A DNA stretch of 64,000 nt. Origin: Octopus vulgaris (Eukaryota). The DNA lies in contig OX597815.1 of NCBI GenBank assembly GCA_951406725.2, positions 130,200,001-130,264,000 on the forward strand. The letters are read 5' to 3'. Position 1 is the stretch's first letter. Each line of letters begins with the position of its first letter. A model generated the notes under the pieces. The model ran no database searches, was not told the origin of the DNA, and was given only the letters and a program-made list of their open reading frames with translations. Position numbers and translations under genes: made by a program. Positions 14,228 to 27,299 of this stretch are shown here, one piece after another.

Positions 14228-15025
14228 TATCTTTTGCTTGTTTCACTCATGAAATTGCGACCATGCTGACGCACCGCCTTGAAGGGATTAGACCAAACGT
14301 TCTCAACCCATTTTGGCCAAAGGCCCCTTTTTGACCCTTTGAGTCACAAATTCCACCACTCCACCGAAAATAGTTTTATTTTTCAATATCCTACTTATTT
14401 TGATATCAGCAGATGTTTAAAAAAATAAAGGACGTCGTTTTACATATTGGCTTGTAGGCTGTTGGGAATATAGATGTACAAATTGAAATGCAAAACAAAA
14501 ACGAAACTATGAATTGAAAGTTTGGTAATTGCGTTTATTTCCATCACGTGACACTTATGAGATCAACATGTCTATCGAAAGAGTGCTCTTTGGTACAAGA
14601 GAGCCCCTTTGCTCCAAAACGCCCCCCTCGAACTCCAAATACTTGCTCCACCCCCCGAGGGACCACATGGCCACCTTTCAAAACCTTTGGTTTTGAAGAA
14701 CAAATTGATACTAGTACTTAATATTAAGTATAGTATTTGTCACAGTTGCCGAACCGCTCAGTTACGAAGACATAAACAAACCAACACCGACTGTCAATTA
14801 GTAGTATGGTACAAATAAACTTAAATCACACACACACATACACACTCACGCACACACTTATACACACACACACAAGCATAGTTTCTGTTTACCAAATCTA
14901 TTTGCAATCCATTGGTCGGGCCGAAGCTTTTGTATAAGACACTTGTCCAAGGCGCTGCACTGTGGGAGTGAACACAAAGCCATGCAAGGTGGTTGCGAGC
15001 TTCTTAACCGTACAGCCATACTTGC
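14228..15025 (-). mobile_element. Decayed SINE family A split by a hAT-like MITE (about 14294-14689)
   Basis: SINE A tail and head flank an insert with CAAACGTTCTCAAC...TTTCAAAACCTTTG degenerate TIRs. Confidence 0.6.
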
Positions 15026-15079
15026 AGCCATATATATCCTTATATTCCAATAAATATATTAACCATTTGACAGATATAT

Positions 15080-15282
15080 TAGTTTCAAATTTTGAAATAA
15101 GGCCAGCAATTTCAGGAGATGGGTTAGTCGATTACATTGACCCTAGTATTCAATTGGAATTTATTTCATCGACCCGAAAGAATGAAAGGCAAGTCGACCT
15201 CGGCGGAATTTGAACTCGTGGCGTAAAGACGGACGAAATGCTGCTAAGCATTTTTGCCCGGCATACTGATGATTCAGCCACC
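15080..15282 (-). mobile_element. SINE family B
   Basis: Homology to other copies. Confidence 0.8.
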
Positions 15283-15616
15283 ATAATTTTGATAGACATA
15301 TCAAAACAGAAAACGATACACATGGTTGACAAACACATATGAATACTCTACCTTAAACGAAGTTTTCTTCCAAATCCAACGGCGGAACCATTAGCAAGAA
15401 TATAAACTGGCATCATAAAATCAATATTTACAGAAGTTGCTTCGTTCGCTTTTCCATTCTTTTGTTTCTATTATGCGTCCTGTGCTTTTAATATTTACAG
15501 GTCAATATCCGGAGTAAAAAAAATCAATAGGGGAAAAGGTAAAAAATACTTCTGCTATCACTTTCAAGTCATTCTTTCTTTCATGTATGTATACATACGT
15601 ATGTGTGCGCGCGCGC

Positions 15617-15677
<61 letters not shown>

Positions 15678-15826
15678 CGTGCTGATGTCTTTCAAGTGCG
15701 ACGCATTGAGAATTACTTGATCCTTCGCTAATTGGCTATTGAACATGGCATCGTATCAGAGTCGGATTTTTAAGAGCAAATAATAATAATAACGTCATTT
15801 TGATGGCTTGTGCTGCTCTCCCACTC

Positions 15827-15912
<86 letters not shown>

Positions 15913-16041
15913 CAACAACAAAAACAACAACAATAATAGTCGTAATTATAGTAGCAGAGGGGAGAAAAGCAAGAGAAAACAACACCAACAATCATTAATC
16001 ATATGTGTGTGTATATGCGTGTGTGTGTCTGTCTGTAAGTG

Positions 16042-16112
<71 letters not shown>

Positions 16113-16240
16113 ACGTGTACGTATTCGTATACTTTCATATACACACACATATATACATATACGTATAAATATATATACATATATATATATATAAATATAT
16201 ATAAATATATATATATAGATGTATAAATATATATACATAT

Positions 16241-16275
<35 letters not shown>

Positions 16276-16311
16276 GATGTATATATATATATGTACATAT
16301 ACATACACATT

Positions 16312-16352
<41 letters not shown>

Positions 16353-17436
16353 TAATGAAGAAAATGTGAATTTCTTAGCTTCTATGCTTTCTTGAAGGAA
16401 AGTAATTTAAAAGTGAAAATTAGCGTTAAATGACTGTCCTCGTCGCGTCGTTGTCGTCGACGTCTTCTACCTCTTCATCTTCATCCTCATCCTCCTCGTC
16501 CTCATCCTCATCCTCTTCCTCCATCTCCTCCTCCTCCCCCTCCTCCCCTTCCTCCCCTCCTCCCTCTCCTCCTCCTCATCATCAATGTAGCATGTATATA
16601 TCAAAAGGATATGTTATATTACTATTCCACAGCCATACCAACAATCCAACATACACGCAAAAAACCAAAGATGCAAGATCAGGAATGGAAAGCTTTCCAT
16701 CGTTGGTCTGCTCAGTGAGACTGACCCTGGATTAAACACCAACAAGCATAACGATTACCATCTCAAACAATCTGACAAGTAGAGACGCTCTACGCTGTCC
16801 CGAGACCAGCTAAAATATCTGGTAAATCTCCCTCACGTCACAAACGATCGACGAACACAAAAGACGTCATGGTCGTGACTTGATCGTCTGCAATTACCAG
16901 TTTGCTCCTGAACCAGAGCTGTCCTGGGGCTAAAGAGCAACAAAAACAAATATAAAGACAATAAAAGCATCAGCAGAGAAAACCAATTACCGTCCAATTT
17001 CTATTAACAGTAGCGTACATTGGTTTGCTTTTGTAAGAGTTTTACATTTAAGATGGAAGGAAGATATCTAAAAGCTACACTACATTTGCTGTTACTTTCA
17101 ATGCTCTCACACATACACACGTACATACATACAAACACATATACACAAACACACTAACACATATATGCATACATATATACATATATAAATGTATGCTTGT
17201 ATGTAAAAGTGTATGTGTATATACGTGTGTGCGCGCGCGAGCATGGTGTACAAATTTGATCTGTTCTTTGCATGGCCGACATGATATATCTACGTATTTT
17301 TCTTTACTTCTGTATTTTCATTTCATTTTCATATTTATATCTTATTTTATATGTGTGTACGTGTGTATGTGTGCATGAGTCTGTTTGAGCCTGTCTGTGT
17401 GCGTTGCATGCATATAGATTTATGTATGTGTGTGTG

Positions 17437-17560
<124 letters not shown>

Positions 17561-17561
17561 T

Positions 17562-17966
17562 AGGCGTAGGAGTGGCTGTGTAGTAAGAAGCTTGCTGACC
17601 ACTGCATGGCACCTTGGGCAAATGTCTTCTACTATAGCCTCGAGCTGACCTAAGCCTTGCGACTGGATTTGGTAGACGGAAACTGAAAGAAGCCCGTCAA
17701 ATATATATGAGTGTGTGTGTTTGTGTGAGTGTGTGCGTGTGTGTATGTGTGTGTGTGTGTATTTATGTGTCTCTGTTTGTCCCCCACTATCGCTTGGAAA
17801 CGGATAGTGGCGTGTCTGCGTCCACTTAACTTAGCGGTTCGGCAAAAGAACCCGATAGAATATGTACTAGGCTTACAAAGAATAAGTCCTGGGGTCGATG
17901 TGTTCGACTAAAGACGGTGCTCCAGTATGGCCTCAATCTAATAAACGAAACAAGCAAAATATAAAA
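17562..17966 (+). mobile_element. SINE family A
   Basis: Homology to other copies. Confidence 0.85.
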
Positions 17967-18015
17967 GATAAATATATATACATATATATGTCCCTGTGTT
18001 TATATATATATATAT

Positions 18016-18689
18016 ATATAAAATTAATTAAGGGTAGAAATTGATATTTATCAATTAAAACCAGTGGTCTAGCATATTAAAAAAGAATCCGAAGATTAAA
18101 ATATTTATATATACCAATTAAGGACTGAACACGAAAAGTGGACAGTCAACATGCTAGATATAGACGTCAAATCGCCATTCTCCACAAAAGATTATGTTCT
18201 CAAATCAAACTCAGCACAAAACCAAAGCAATAAACAAGTGAAAATATACGAATTAAAATAATTACCCATGTACTGATCAGTTTCGGCTATTATTATCCGC
18301 AAGGATAACTGTAGCCTTCATCAGCATGGCCCGTTATAAATGCAATTTGCTGGACTAGATGCAAAGCCGATACCGGAGTATCGCGTGCATGGAGTTCAAC
18401 CTATTACATTCGAATGTATCTTTCAAATGCCTTTACTTTGGCGCGTTGAGACCCGAAAAAACCAGCCTGCAGCTAATAATTAGCAACAGTCAATTTATCG
18501 GTTAGAGAACATACTTATTTATATAAAATTAATTAAGGGTAGAAATTGATATTTATCAATTAAAACCAGTGGTCTAGCATATTAAAAAAGAATCCGAAGA
18601 TTAAAATATTTATATATACCAATTAAGGACTGAACACGAAAAGTGGACAGTCAACATGGAGAATGGCGATTTGACGTCTATATCTAGCA
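18016..18689 (-). mobile_element. Non-coding PLE-like/retrozyme-like element: 505-bp unit, 138-bp direct repeats, 33-bp terminal inversion
   Basis: 18016-18153 matches 18521-18658; 18657-18689 is the reverse complement of 18152-18184; contains an intact HHR. Confidence 0.75.
18266..18329 (-). ncRNA. Type I hammerhead ribozyme, intact core
   Basis: Minus strand: CCATG-CTGATGA-A-GGCTA-cag-TTATCC-ttgc-GGATAA-taa-TAGCC-GAAA-CTGATCAG-TA-CATGG; GUA cleavage triplet, palindromic stem III. Confidence 0.88.
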
Positions 18690-18804
18690 CTTTCCCAACG
18701 TGCCACGTAGTGGAGCTGAACCCGGAACCCTCTGGTTTGAAACCAAACGTCATACCACACAGCCACACTTCATACATACATACATACATACATACATACA
18801 TACT

Positions 18805-18869
<65 letters not shown>

Positions 18870-18882
18870 ATATATATATATA

Positions 18883-19297
18883 GGCGCAGGAGTGGCTGTG
18901 TGGTAAGTAGCTTGCTTACCAACCACAGGGTTCCGGGTTCAGTCCCATTGCGTGGCATCTTGGGCAAGTGTCTTCCACTATAGCCTCGGGCCGACCAAAG
19001 CCTTGTGAATGGATTTGGTAGACGGAAACTGAAAGAAGCCCGTCGTATATATATATATATATGTGTGTGTGCGTGTATGCTTGTGTGTCTGTGTTTGTCC
19101 CCCTAGCATTGCTTAACAACCGATGCTGGTGTGTTTATGTCCCCGTCACTTAGCGGTTCAGCAAAAGAGACCGATAGAATAAGTACTGGGCTTACAAAGA
19201 ATAAGTCCCGGGGTCGAGTTGCTCGATTAAAGGCGGTGCTCCGGCATGGCCGCAGTCAACTGACTGAAACAAGTAAAAGAGTAAAAGAGTAAAAGAG
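18883..19297 (+). mobile_element. SINE family A, full length
   Basis: Complete head-to-tail copy with (GTAAAAGA)n tail. Confidence 0.92.
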
Positions 19298-19329
19298 TAT
19301 ATGTGTGTGTGTTTGTGTGTGTGTACATA

Positions 19330-19366
<37 letters not shown>

Positions 19367-19885
19367 GCACATATATACACATACACACACACATACCTAT
19401 ATACACTATGTATGCATGTGTATATGCAAGAATGATCATGTTCTATGGGTAATTTAGTCTGTATCTCCGGTGTTATTCGATTAGTTAATATTTGACACAT
19501 TTTCTATTCTTTAACAAGTCACGGGGAGGATTGCTGTCACATTTCTGGTGTTTATTGAAAAGTTCAGTAACCTCCCTCTTCCTTCTCCCTTCTCCCTTCT
19601 CCCCCCTCTCCGTCTTTCGCTCATCCCCCTCTTTTGTTCCTGGCTTTCTCTGTCTCTCTCTCCCTCCTTCCCTCCCTCCCTCTCTCTCTATCTCAATAAT
19701 GACAACGACACTTCAACAAGAAATACATGTCCGACGTTATGTTGCATTGTGAACGTGAGAAGCTGACGTTCACCTTATTGTTATTCTTGACAAATGAATT
19801 TGTAGTTGTAATGATGTACAACAGCAGAAATCATAGAATAACAAATACACACCCACTCACCAATGCCTATGTATGTGCGTATGTA

Positions 19886-19929
<44 letters not shown>

Positions 19930-19998
19930 ATCTATCTATCTATCTATCTACCTATCTACCTACCTATCTATCTATCTATCATCTATCTATCTACCTAC

Positions 19999-20077
<79 letters not shown>

Positions 20078-20789
20078 CCTACCTACCTACCTAGCAGCTT
20101 CAACATGTGAAAGTTAATCCAAACACATTTTTATTCCCTCTCTGATTCTAACCCCCCCCCCATCTCTCCATCTGTTTTCTCTACTCATTCCATTTTTTTG
20201 TTTGTTTTTTGTGTGTCAAACTAACACGCTTCGTTTGCTGTTCATTCGCCTGTTTCTGTCTTTTTGGTACAATTTTGAACCATTTATGTCTGCATGTATG
20301 TATATCATTATTCAGTTTTATGTCAAGATTTTTTTTTGCCAGCAGAGAAAGAGCTGATCTCTAACTTAGATCCAAGGCTCCTTCATTGGAATTTCAGCAT
20401 CAACAACAGGGTATGTATGTATGTATGTATGTATGTATGTATGTATGTATGTATGTATGTATGTATGTATGTATGTATGTATGTATGTATGTATGTATGT
20501 ATGTATGTGTGTATGTGTGTGTATGTATGTATGTATGTATGTATGTATGTATGTATGTATGTATGTATGTATGTATGTATGTGCATACTTGTATGTTTTG
20601 TTTTATGTACGTATTCTCATGCATATAGTCGCATATCTAGACAGGCTCGTATATACTTAAATGATAAACTTCTGGAAAATTTTACAGATTTTTTAAAGGT
20701 AGTCTTCGAATTGGTTTTCGAATTAGCTTTCTCTCTTCTGGTTTTGAGAAGCCTAATTTCTCAAGATTGGCATTTTGGCAGTGTGTTAC

Positions 20790-20991
20790 ATACATTGTTT
20801 ACATTATTTACAGTACTATATTTAAGAGATGAGGAATTACATACATTATCTACAGTATTTACATTTGACGGATATTTGTCCTCATCTTGTTTGTTGTTAA
20901 CACAAAGTTTCGGCTGATATACCCTCCAGCCTTTATCAGGTGTCTTGGGGAAATTTCGAACTTGGGTTCTCATTCTTAAGGTATTTTCCGA

Positions 20992-21052
<61 letters not shown>

Positions 21053-21137
21053 GTTGTTGTTGTTATCAAGGTCACTGCCTGGAATCGAACTCGGAATCTT
21101 GGAGTTAGTTGCCCGCGTTCTTAACCACTACACCATA
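20790..21137 (-). mobile_element. SINE family D (tRNA head, (AAT)n, HHR, PLE-like tail)
   Basis: Homologous to 40152-40450 and 62957-63220. Confidence 0.85.
20899..20944 (-). ncRNA. Minimal hammerhead, mutated copy
   Basis: GACAC-CTGATAA-A-GGCTG..CAGCC-GAAA-CT-TT-GTGTT; core G8>A. Confidence 0.6.
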
Positions 21138-21270
21138 TTCCAGGGTCCTAATAATTTCAGGTATAAACTTGAACTTGTAATCTGGATAGAGTAACTGCAA
21201 ATTTCTCAATAGTTCAGCGTAGGTATTCTCTTTTTCACTGTTCTTTAACTTTATGTTAACTTCCGCTGGG

Positions 21271-21955
21271 CAGTGGCGGCTCATAGATAAAATTAGTGGG
21301 GGTGCTGCTTCAGAAAATTTTTTACCGTTGTTTTAATATTGTGTAAACGGAGACAAACATATAAAAAGAAAATTTATGCATAAACATGATCGGTTCGCGT
21401 TTTAGCCACTGCCAGGTAGTGTGTTTAATTTGTTCACTGAATACGGCCACAAATTCCCCTTTGTTTTTCAGAAGTTCCCCACCTAAATCACAAAATAAGG
21501 GGGTAAAATCTGCCCTATTTTTCAAATCCTGGCAGCTACACTGAAGCTGGAAGCAGGATAATAATCTAATTCTACACTTTATCACAATGAAGAATATAAA
21601 CACGTTTTTAAGCACGACACATGCGGAGTCAAAAAGAAACATTACCTTTCACCAGCACCCAAGGGTCGGCAATGTATGAACCACAGTGCTCTCTCCCTAG
21701 CGTGTGAGCATGCGCACAACAACCAAACACTGTGTCGCTGGAACTGTGAAGCGCACAGTTCTATACAAGGATTTGGGTTGTTGTTTTTTTCATAAACTAA
21801 GGGATGGCTACTGACATTAAGCTTAAGGATTATATAATGTACAAGTATAAAGAATTAAGGGAAAAAAGGACTCATTATATTGAATGTTGTCGATAATATC
21901 GATTAAACATAGAGGGTGCTGCAGTTCCGCAGTGCCTATACACGAGCCTTCACTG
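21271..21955. mobile_element. Non-autonomous hAT element
   Basis: TIRs CAGTGGCGGCTC/GAGCCTTCACTG; perfect 8-bp TSD CCGCTGGG at 21263-21270 and 21956-21963. Confidence 0.9.
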
Positions 21956-22334
21956 CCGCTGGGCAGCTGATTTCCACAACTGTACAGAGTTTCTCTTCTC
22001 TGTCCCAAATCATTATACCAGGTCTGTTGTGCTTACATTTTATTGATGTCTTCACTGGGACATTCCACCAGTACTCCTTTTTATTACGAGTGGCTATGGC
22101 TTCTACCATACTCTGGTATCTTATTTCTTTGTCCTCGGGGGCTATCCTTCCGACGCATTTCATTATAGTGTCCTAGCTACAACATTATGTCTCATCGGTA
22201 GATATTAGACTGCTTTAATGATCAATGTTACTTGTATGTATGTATGTATGTATGTATGTATGTATGTATGTGTGTGTGTGTGCGTGTGTATGTATTATAC
22301 ATTCTCTGTAGAGTTAATTTACATTTTCATTTGA

Positions 22335-22438
<104 letters not shown>

Positions 22439-22496
22439 TTTTTCTTTTATTCTTTTTATTTTTTATTCTTTTTTTTTTCTTTTTTTTTGTTCTTTT

Positions 22497-22618
22497 CTTC
22501 CCTTTTACGATCCCTCTTGATCGAAAACCTACGCCCCTTTTCTTCATCCCCCAAAAGAAAAGCTCTACCTTGTAACTTGTCCCATCTGTGTGCAGCCCTG
22601 TGTGGCCAATAAAGAAAC

Positions 22619-22619
<1 letters not shown>
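22497..22619 (+). mobile_element. Putative Tx1/L1-like LINE 3' tail inside a (TATC)n array
   Basis: Ends AGCCCTGTGTGGCCAATAAAGAAA, similar to the long SINE B tail and to the end at 33957. Confidence 0.45.
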
Positions 22620-22713
<94 letters not shown>

Positions 22714-22782
22714 ATATTAGGGAATAAATCCAAACTTACAGGGAAAAATCAGATTTAGGATTGAATCCAATTTTATAGTAAA

Positions 22783-22979
22783 ATATAATATATTAAATTA
22801 GAGACAAGCCACTATTATGCAAATCAAACAATGAAAGACTTAAGCCAATACATAAATTAATTTATATTATTTAGATATGTAACAATTATTAAAAAATATA
22901 ATTAATATAAATTAATTTATGTATTGGCTTAAGTCTTTCATTGTTTGATTTGCATAATAGTGGTTTTGTCTCTAATTTA

Positions 22980-22990
<11 letters not shown>
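22783..22990. repeat. Inverted repeat, about 87-bp arms
   Basis: 22783-22869 versus 22903-22990, nearly perfect. Confidence 0.92.
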
Positions 22991-23010
<20 letters not shown>

Positions 23011-23017
<7 letters not shown>

Positions 23018-23388
23018 GTGTAATAAATAAAATATATGCATACATACAAACATATATGTACGTACCTACATCTACATGTATATATACATACATATATAAA
23101 TATATATACGTGAGTACAGGACACCACAAATAGACGTAGAACTCAACGAGAAACGAAAACGTGAAAACAAACGTGGAAACGGACCTAAACGAAAAAAACA
23201 GAGTACAAGACAAACTAGGTCCGTTTCCACGTTTGTTTTTACGTTTTCGTTTCTCCTTGAGTTCTACGTCTATTTGTGGTGTCCTGTACTCACGTATATA
23301 TATTTATATATGCATGTATATATACATGTAGGTACGTACATATATGTATGTATGTATGCATATATTTCATTTATTACAGTATTGTATG
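23011..23388. repeat. Inverted repeat, about 175-bp arms, 28-bp spacer
   Basis: Left arm ends GGAAACGGACCTA (23187); right arm starts TAGGTCCGTTTCC (23216). Confidence 0.92.
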
Positions 23389-23476
23389 ACCGAGCGCCCT
23401 CGTGTCGATTCGATTCGTTTTCGTTTCGTTTCATCTCCTCCAAGTAAGTTTTGTTATATATATATACATATATACA

Positions 23477-23728
23477 TATTAAAAATGAGTAAGTTCGGTT
23501 TACGGGATTACCTTTGGTTTCTCTGTCCATAATGGGTTTAGCTTTATGGTGTATCACCAGATCTCAAAACTTGTTGACCCAAGACCACTTAAAAATATTC
23601 CCCTTCCATATTTTTAAGAGGTCTTAGACCAACAGGTTTTGGGATGTGGCGATACGCCATCAAGCTAGACCCTTTATATACGGGAAACCTGAGGTAATCC
23701 CATAAACCGGCCTTCCCCATTTTTAATA
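23477..23728. mobile_element. Palindromic MITE-like hairpin with diverged arms
   Basis: 23477-23598 versus 23608-23728; TA at both ends. Confidence 0.75.
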
Positions 23729-24334
23729 CATACTGCACTATATCTTAGAGTGTGCTTCTTCTTTCGGATTTATGTTTTTCACAGACAATATATATATATA
23801 TATTCAAACGATGAATAGCTTTGCGTAACCATGGTCCGTTTTGTTCTCTCTCTTTATCATCATCTTATAATCATCTCATAATAATGACTTTTATGACTGG
23901 TATTACTACCTCAGTCAATCTAAATGTATATATTTATCGTTACCTGCCATATATAGCCTTTTTATATTTGCAATGTGCATTTTCGTTGATTTTTCATATT
24001 TTACCCTTACATTTTATATTTTCTTTTTATAACATATTTCTACTATATATATGATTGAACGCCATGCATCCTTTTCCAAGTAGTTTTATCCTAATAGCTC
24101 CGATGCGACTCTTATTATTCTTTATTTTTCTCTCTTCTCCCACTATTTTATCCTTCTACTCTTTTGTTTTCTCCTTTCCTTTCTCTTATTCTTTTACCTC
24201 CTCTTCTCCTACTATTCTATCTTTTTGCTCTTTCGTTTTCTCTCTACCTTTCTCTTGTTCTTTTGTCTCCTCTTCTCCCACTATTCTATCCTTCTACTCT
24301 TTCGTTTTCTCTCTTCGTTTCTTTTGCCTCCTCT

Positions 24335-24378
<44 letters not shown>

Positions 24379-24429
24379 CATGTCTCCAAATCTTTTCCTC
24401 CCCCTTCACAGTTCTCTGTCTGTCACTCT

Positions 24430-24940
24430 CTCCCCCTCACTCTGCCTCCTTTGGTCACGTGGCCCCCACGTGACCACCGGACCACCGGATATTCTCCTAA
24501 CTTGTGTTTCTTTCTTACTGTTTCAACTCGACAGGGAACACATATTGTTCTCTGTCTCCTATCCAGGCTTGTTTTTTCGCGTTCGACACAACCTCGTTTA
24601 GACTTAGCAGTCCATCCTGTTTGCTTTCTCTGTCCTGTTTTTGTCACCATCTTGACCCTCCGCAAGATCGCAAATTTTGTTTAATTTGCTTTGCGGGAGC
24701 AACTGTTTTATCGAAGGCGTATCTTGTCGTGAATTGCTCGAAATACGGACTAGAAAAACAGCCGACAACTGATGAAGGGTCGTTCCTTGTGTTGCTTGTC
24801 TTTTTCTCCATTTGTTTCTTTCGTTGCTTGCAAAAAAAAAGCCCTTATTCCATGTCCTCGTACTTCGTATTATTTGTTGCTTATGTTTTGTGACGTCCTG
24901 TGCCCACATATGCATATGTATATACGTAAACATGTAATTA
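24430..24940 (+). mobile_element. Probable PLE-type terminal repeat
   Basis: Follows a CT-rich tract; ends GTCCTGTGCCCACATATGCATATG, similar to the arm at 23280; contains CTGATGAAGGG but no complete HHR. Confidence 0.35.
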
Positions 24941-25040
24941 TGAACACACACACACATATATATATGTAGCACTGTGTGCGCACGTACGTGCGTTTGTGTG
25001 TCTGAGGAGTGAGACTTTGTTTTCAATATTTCTATTCCTT

Positions 25041-25490
25041 AAGACGGTGAGCTGGCAGAAATGTTAGCATGCCGAACAAAATGCTTAGCGGTATTTCGTC
25101 TGTCTTTACTTTCTGAGTTCAAATTCCGCCGAGGTCGACTTTGCTTTTCATTCTTTCCGAGTCGATAAATTAAGTACCAGTTGCATACTGGGGTCGATCT
25201 AATCAACTGGCTCTCTCTCCCAAAATTTCGGGCCTTGTGCCTAGAGTAGAAAAGGATATTTCTATTCCTCAAAGGCAGTGAGTTGGCAGAAACGTTAGCA
25301 CGTCAGGCAAGATGCCAAGCAGCATTTCCTTTCTCTTTACGTTATGAGTTCAAATTCCGCCGTGGTCGCCTTTGCTTTCATTCCTTCGGGGTCGATAAAA
25401 TAAGTACCAGGCAATCACTGGGGTCGATGTGGATGATTTGCCCCCCACTCCTGAACTTGCCGGCCTTGTGTCAAAATTGAAACCAATAGT
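25041..25490 (+). mobile_element. Two tandem SINE family B copies
   Basis: First copy flanked by TSD ATATTTCTATTCCT. Confidence 0.88.
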
Positions 25491-25847
25491 TCTTTTCCTC
25501 ATTTGTTATATTCTTCTTATATTCTGTCTGTCTGTAAATCTATCCATCTTTTTCTATATATCTTCATATACATGTGCCCGCGCGCGCGCGCGTGTGTGGA
25601 GGGTTGTTTGAGTGTGTGTGCGTGTGAAAGAGTAAGAGAACTCTCGATACACATAAACAGTTCATTTCAACTGAATTCCTTTCTCACCACGCGATCATCA
25701 GGCGAGAGTTACTGCAGATCTGTTCTTTTACAGACATCGGTATATGCTAATTTTTCTCTTAACATCTCTTGATCTGATTGGCCGATTCCTCTTCATGAGT
25801 ACTGCCTGCAACTGATCGACGTTTTTTAAATATTTTATTCCATCGTA

Positions 25848-26066
25848 AAGCAGTGCGCTGGTAGAATCGTTAACATGCCGGGCGAAAAAATGCTTAGCGG
25901 CACTTCGTTCGTCTTTATATTCTGAGTTCAAATTTCGCCGAGTTTAAATTTCACTTTTCATTCTTTCTGGGTCGATAAAATAAATACCAATTGAGTCCTG
26001 GGGTCAATATAATCGACTTAACCTTTCCCTAAAATTGCTGGCCTGGTAACAAAACTTGAAACCAAT
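25848..26066 (+). mobile_element. SINE family B
   Basis: Homology to other copies. Confidence 0.8.
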
Positions 26067-26664
26067 ATATCTATATTTTGTTTTATCGTTTTTGCTATGT
26101 AGAGTCATTTTACGTTTTTGTTATATCAAGTCATTTTACGTTTTTCCTCTGCTTGCTTATATTTTGTTTAGTTGTTTTGATTTTTATGGTATTTCTTAAA
26201 GGACCTTATTACATCCATGAAAATGTTTCTGTTTATGAAGTTTATATTTGTGAAATTCTTTAGAGCGTATATTTTGTGTGTGAAAATTTAAACGCTTTAT
26301 ATTTACGGAAACATGTACAGGAAAACATTTTGTATTTAAATGGAAATGTACAGGAAATCTTTATTTACGCTTTGTTGGTCATCTTGGGCTGTATATAAGG
26401 AGTAATTTCAGTGGAAACTTTTGTGATACCAAGATTATACCATGTTTTGTTCGTGTGATGCTTTTTGATAAATATATTTAGGAAGATGATAGTGGTGTTG
26501 GTGGTTGATGATGATGATGACGATGATGGCTGTAGTGGTTGTGGTGGTAGTGGGGGTGATGATAGTGATGAAGAAGAATAAGATGGTGATGAGGAGGGGG
26601 AAGCGGTAGATGAAAAGGAGGAAGAAGTATAAGAGAAGATGAATGATGATAAGAAGAAAAAAAT

Positions 26665-26817
26665 TAGTAGTAGTAGTAGTAGTAGTAGTAGTAGAAGTAG
26701 AAGAAGAAGAAGAAGAAGAAGAAGAAGAAGAAGAAGAAGAAGAAGAAGAAGAAGAAGAAGAAGAAGAAGAAGAAGAAGAAGAAGAAGAAGAAGAAGAAGA
26801 AATTGATGATGATGATG
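26665..26817. repeat. (TAG)n(GAA)n(GAT)n microsatellite
   Basis: Seen directly; source of the poly-E ORF. Confidence 0.95.
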
Positions 26818-27299
26818 TATTTAGCTAGCCGAAATTTGTAATTCCTGGCGCTAAATAAATCTTACGGGAATTAAAGAAATGTACTTAAGCGTCTAGACAG
26901 GACTATACAGATATGAACACACCTACAGTCATTATTTGTTATACAATATTCTTGGGGAGTGAAGATTAATCTATGAACATAGTAATTATACTTTGGTTAG
27001 AGTTATAGCTTACTCTTAGTTTGTGAAAATTATGTCGGTTGTATTTTAATTGACCTGAGGATGAATTTTTCCCTATGTGAGCAAGTACAGAAAGTCTCAG
27101 TTCTTCTATTTAAGGTGTCATCACTTGTCAGTATTTTCTCTAATGTGCAACCTGCGATTATGTCACTTGTTTACGTGTGGTATTAATTCTTGTAACAATA
27201 TTCGACACGTACGCGTACATACACACTCATGTATCAGCATTTATGCTTATAAAACACGAAAGAAAACGCAGTGCTAAATATTATGTATATATATATATA

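Larger units (their letters stand above)
20305..22230 (-). mobile_element. RLE-type LINE 3' part interrupted by a hAT MITE and a SINE D
   Basis: YLPMRHNVVA, KHNRPGIMIWD..VVEISCPA|EVNIKLKNSEKENTYAELLRNLQLLYPDYKFKFIP; coding sequence is colinear across both inserts; same 3'UTR as 2358-2777. Confidence 0.82.

Noticed and set aside
24735-24790. GAAA...CTGATGAAGGG as a type II hammerhead
   Set aside because: Stems I and III could not be formed.
25672-25706. Minus-strand CTGATGA-TCGC-gtg-GTGA-GAAA hammerhead candidate
   Set aside because: No UH cleavage site, no stem I partner, and no G10.1-C11.1 pair.
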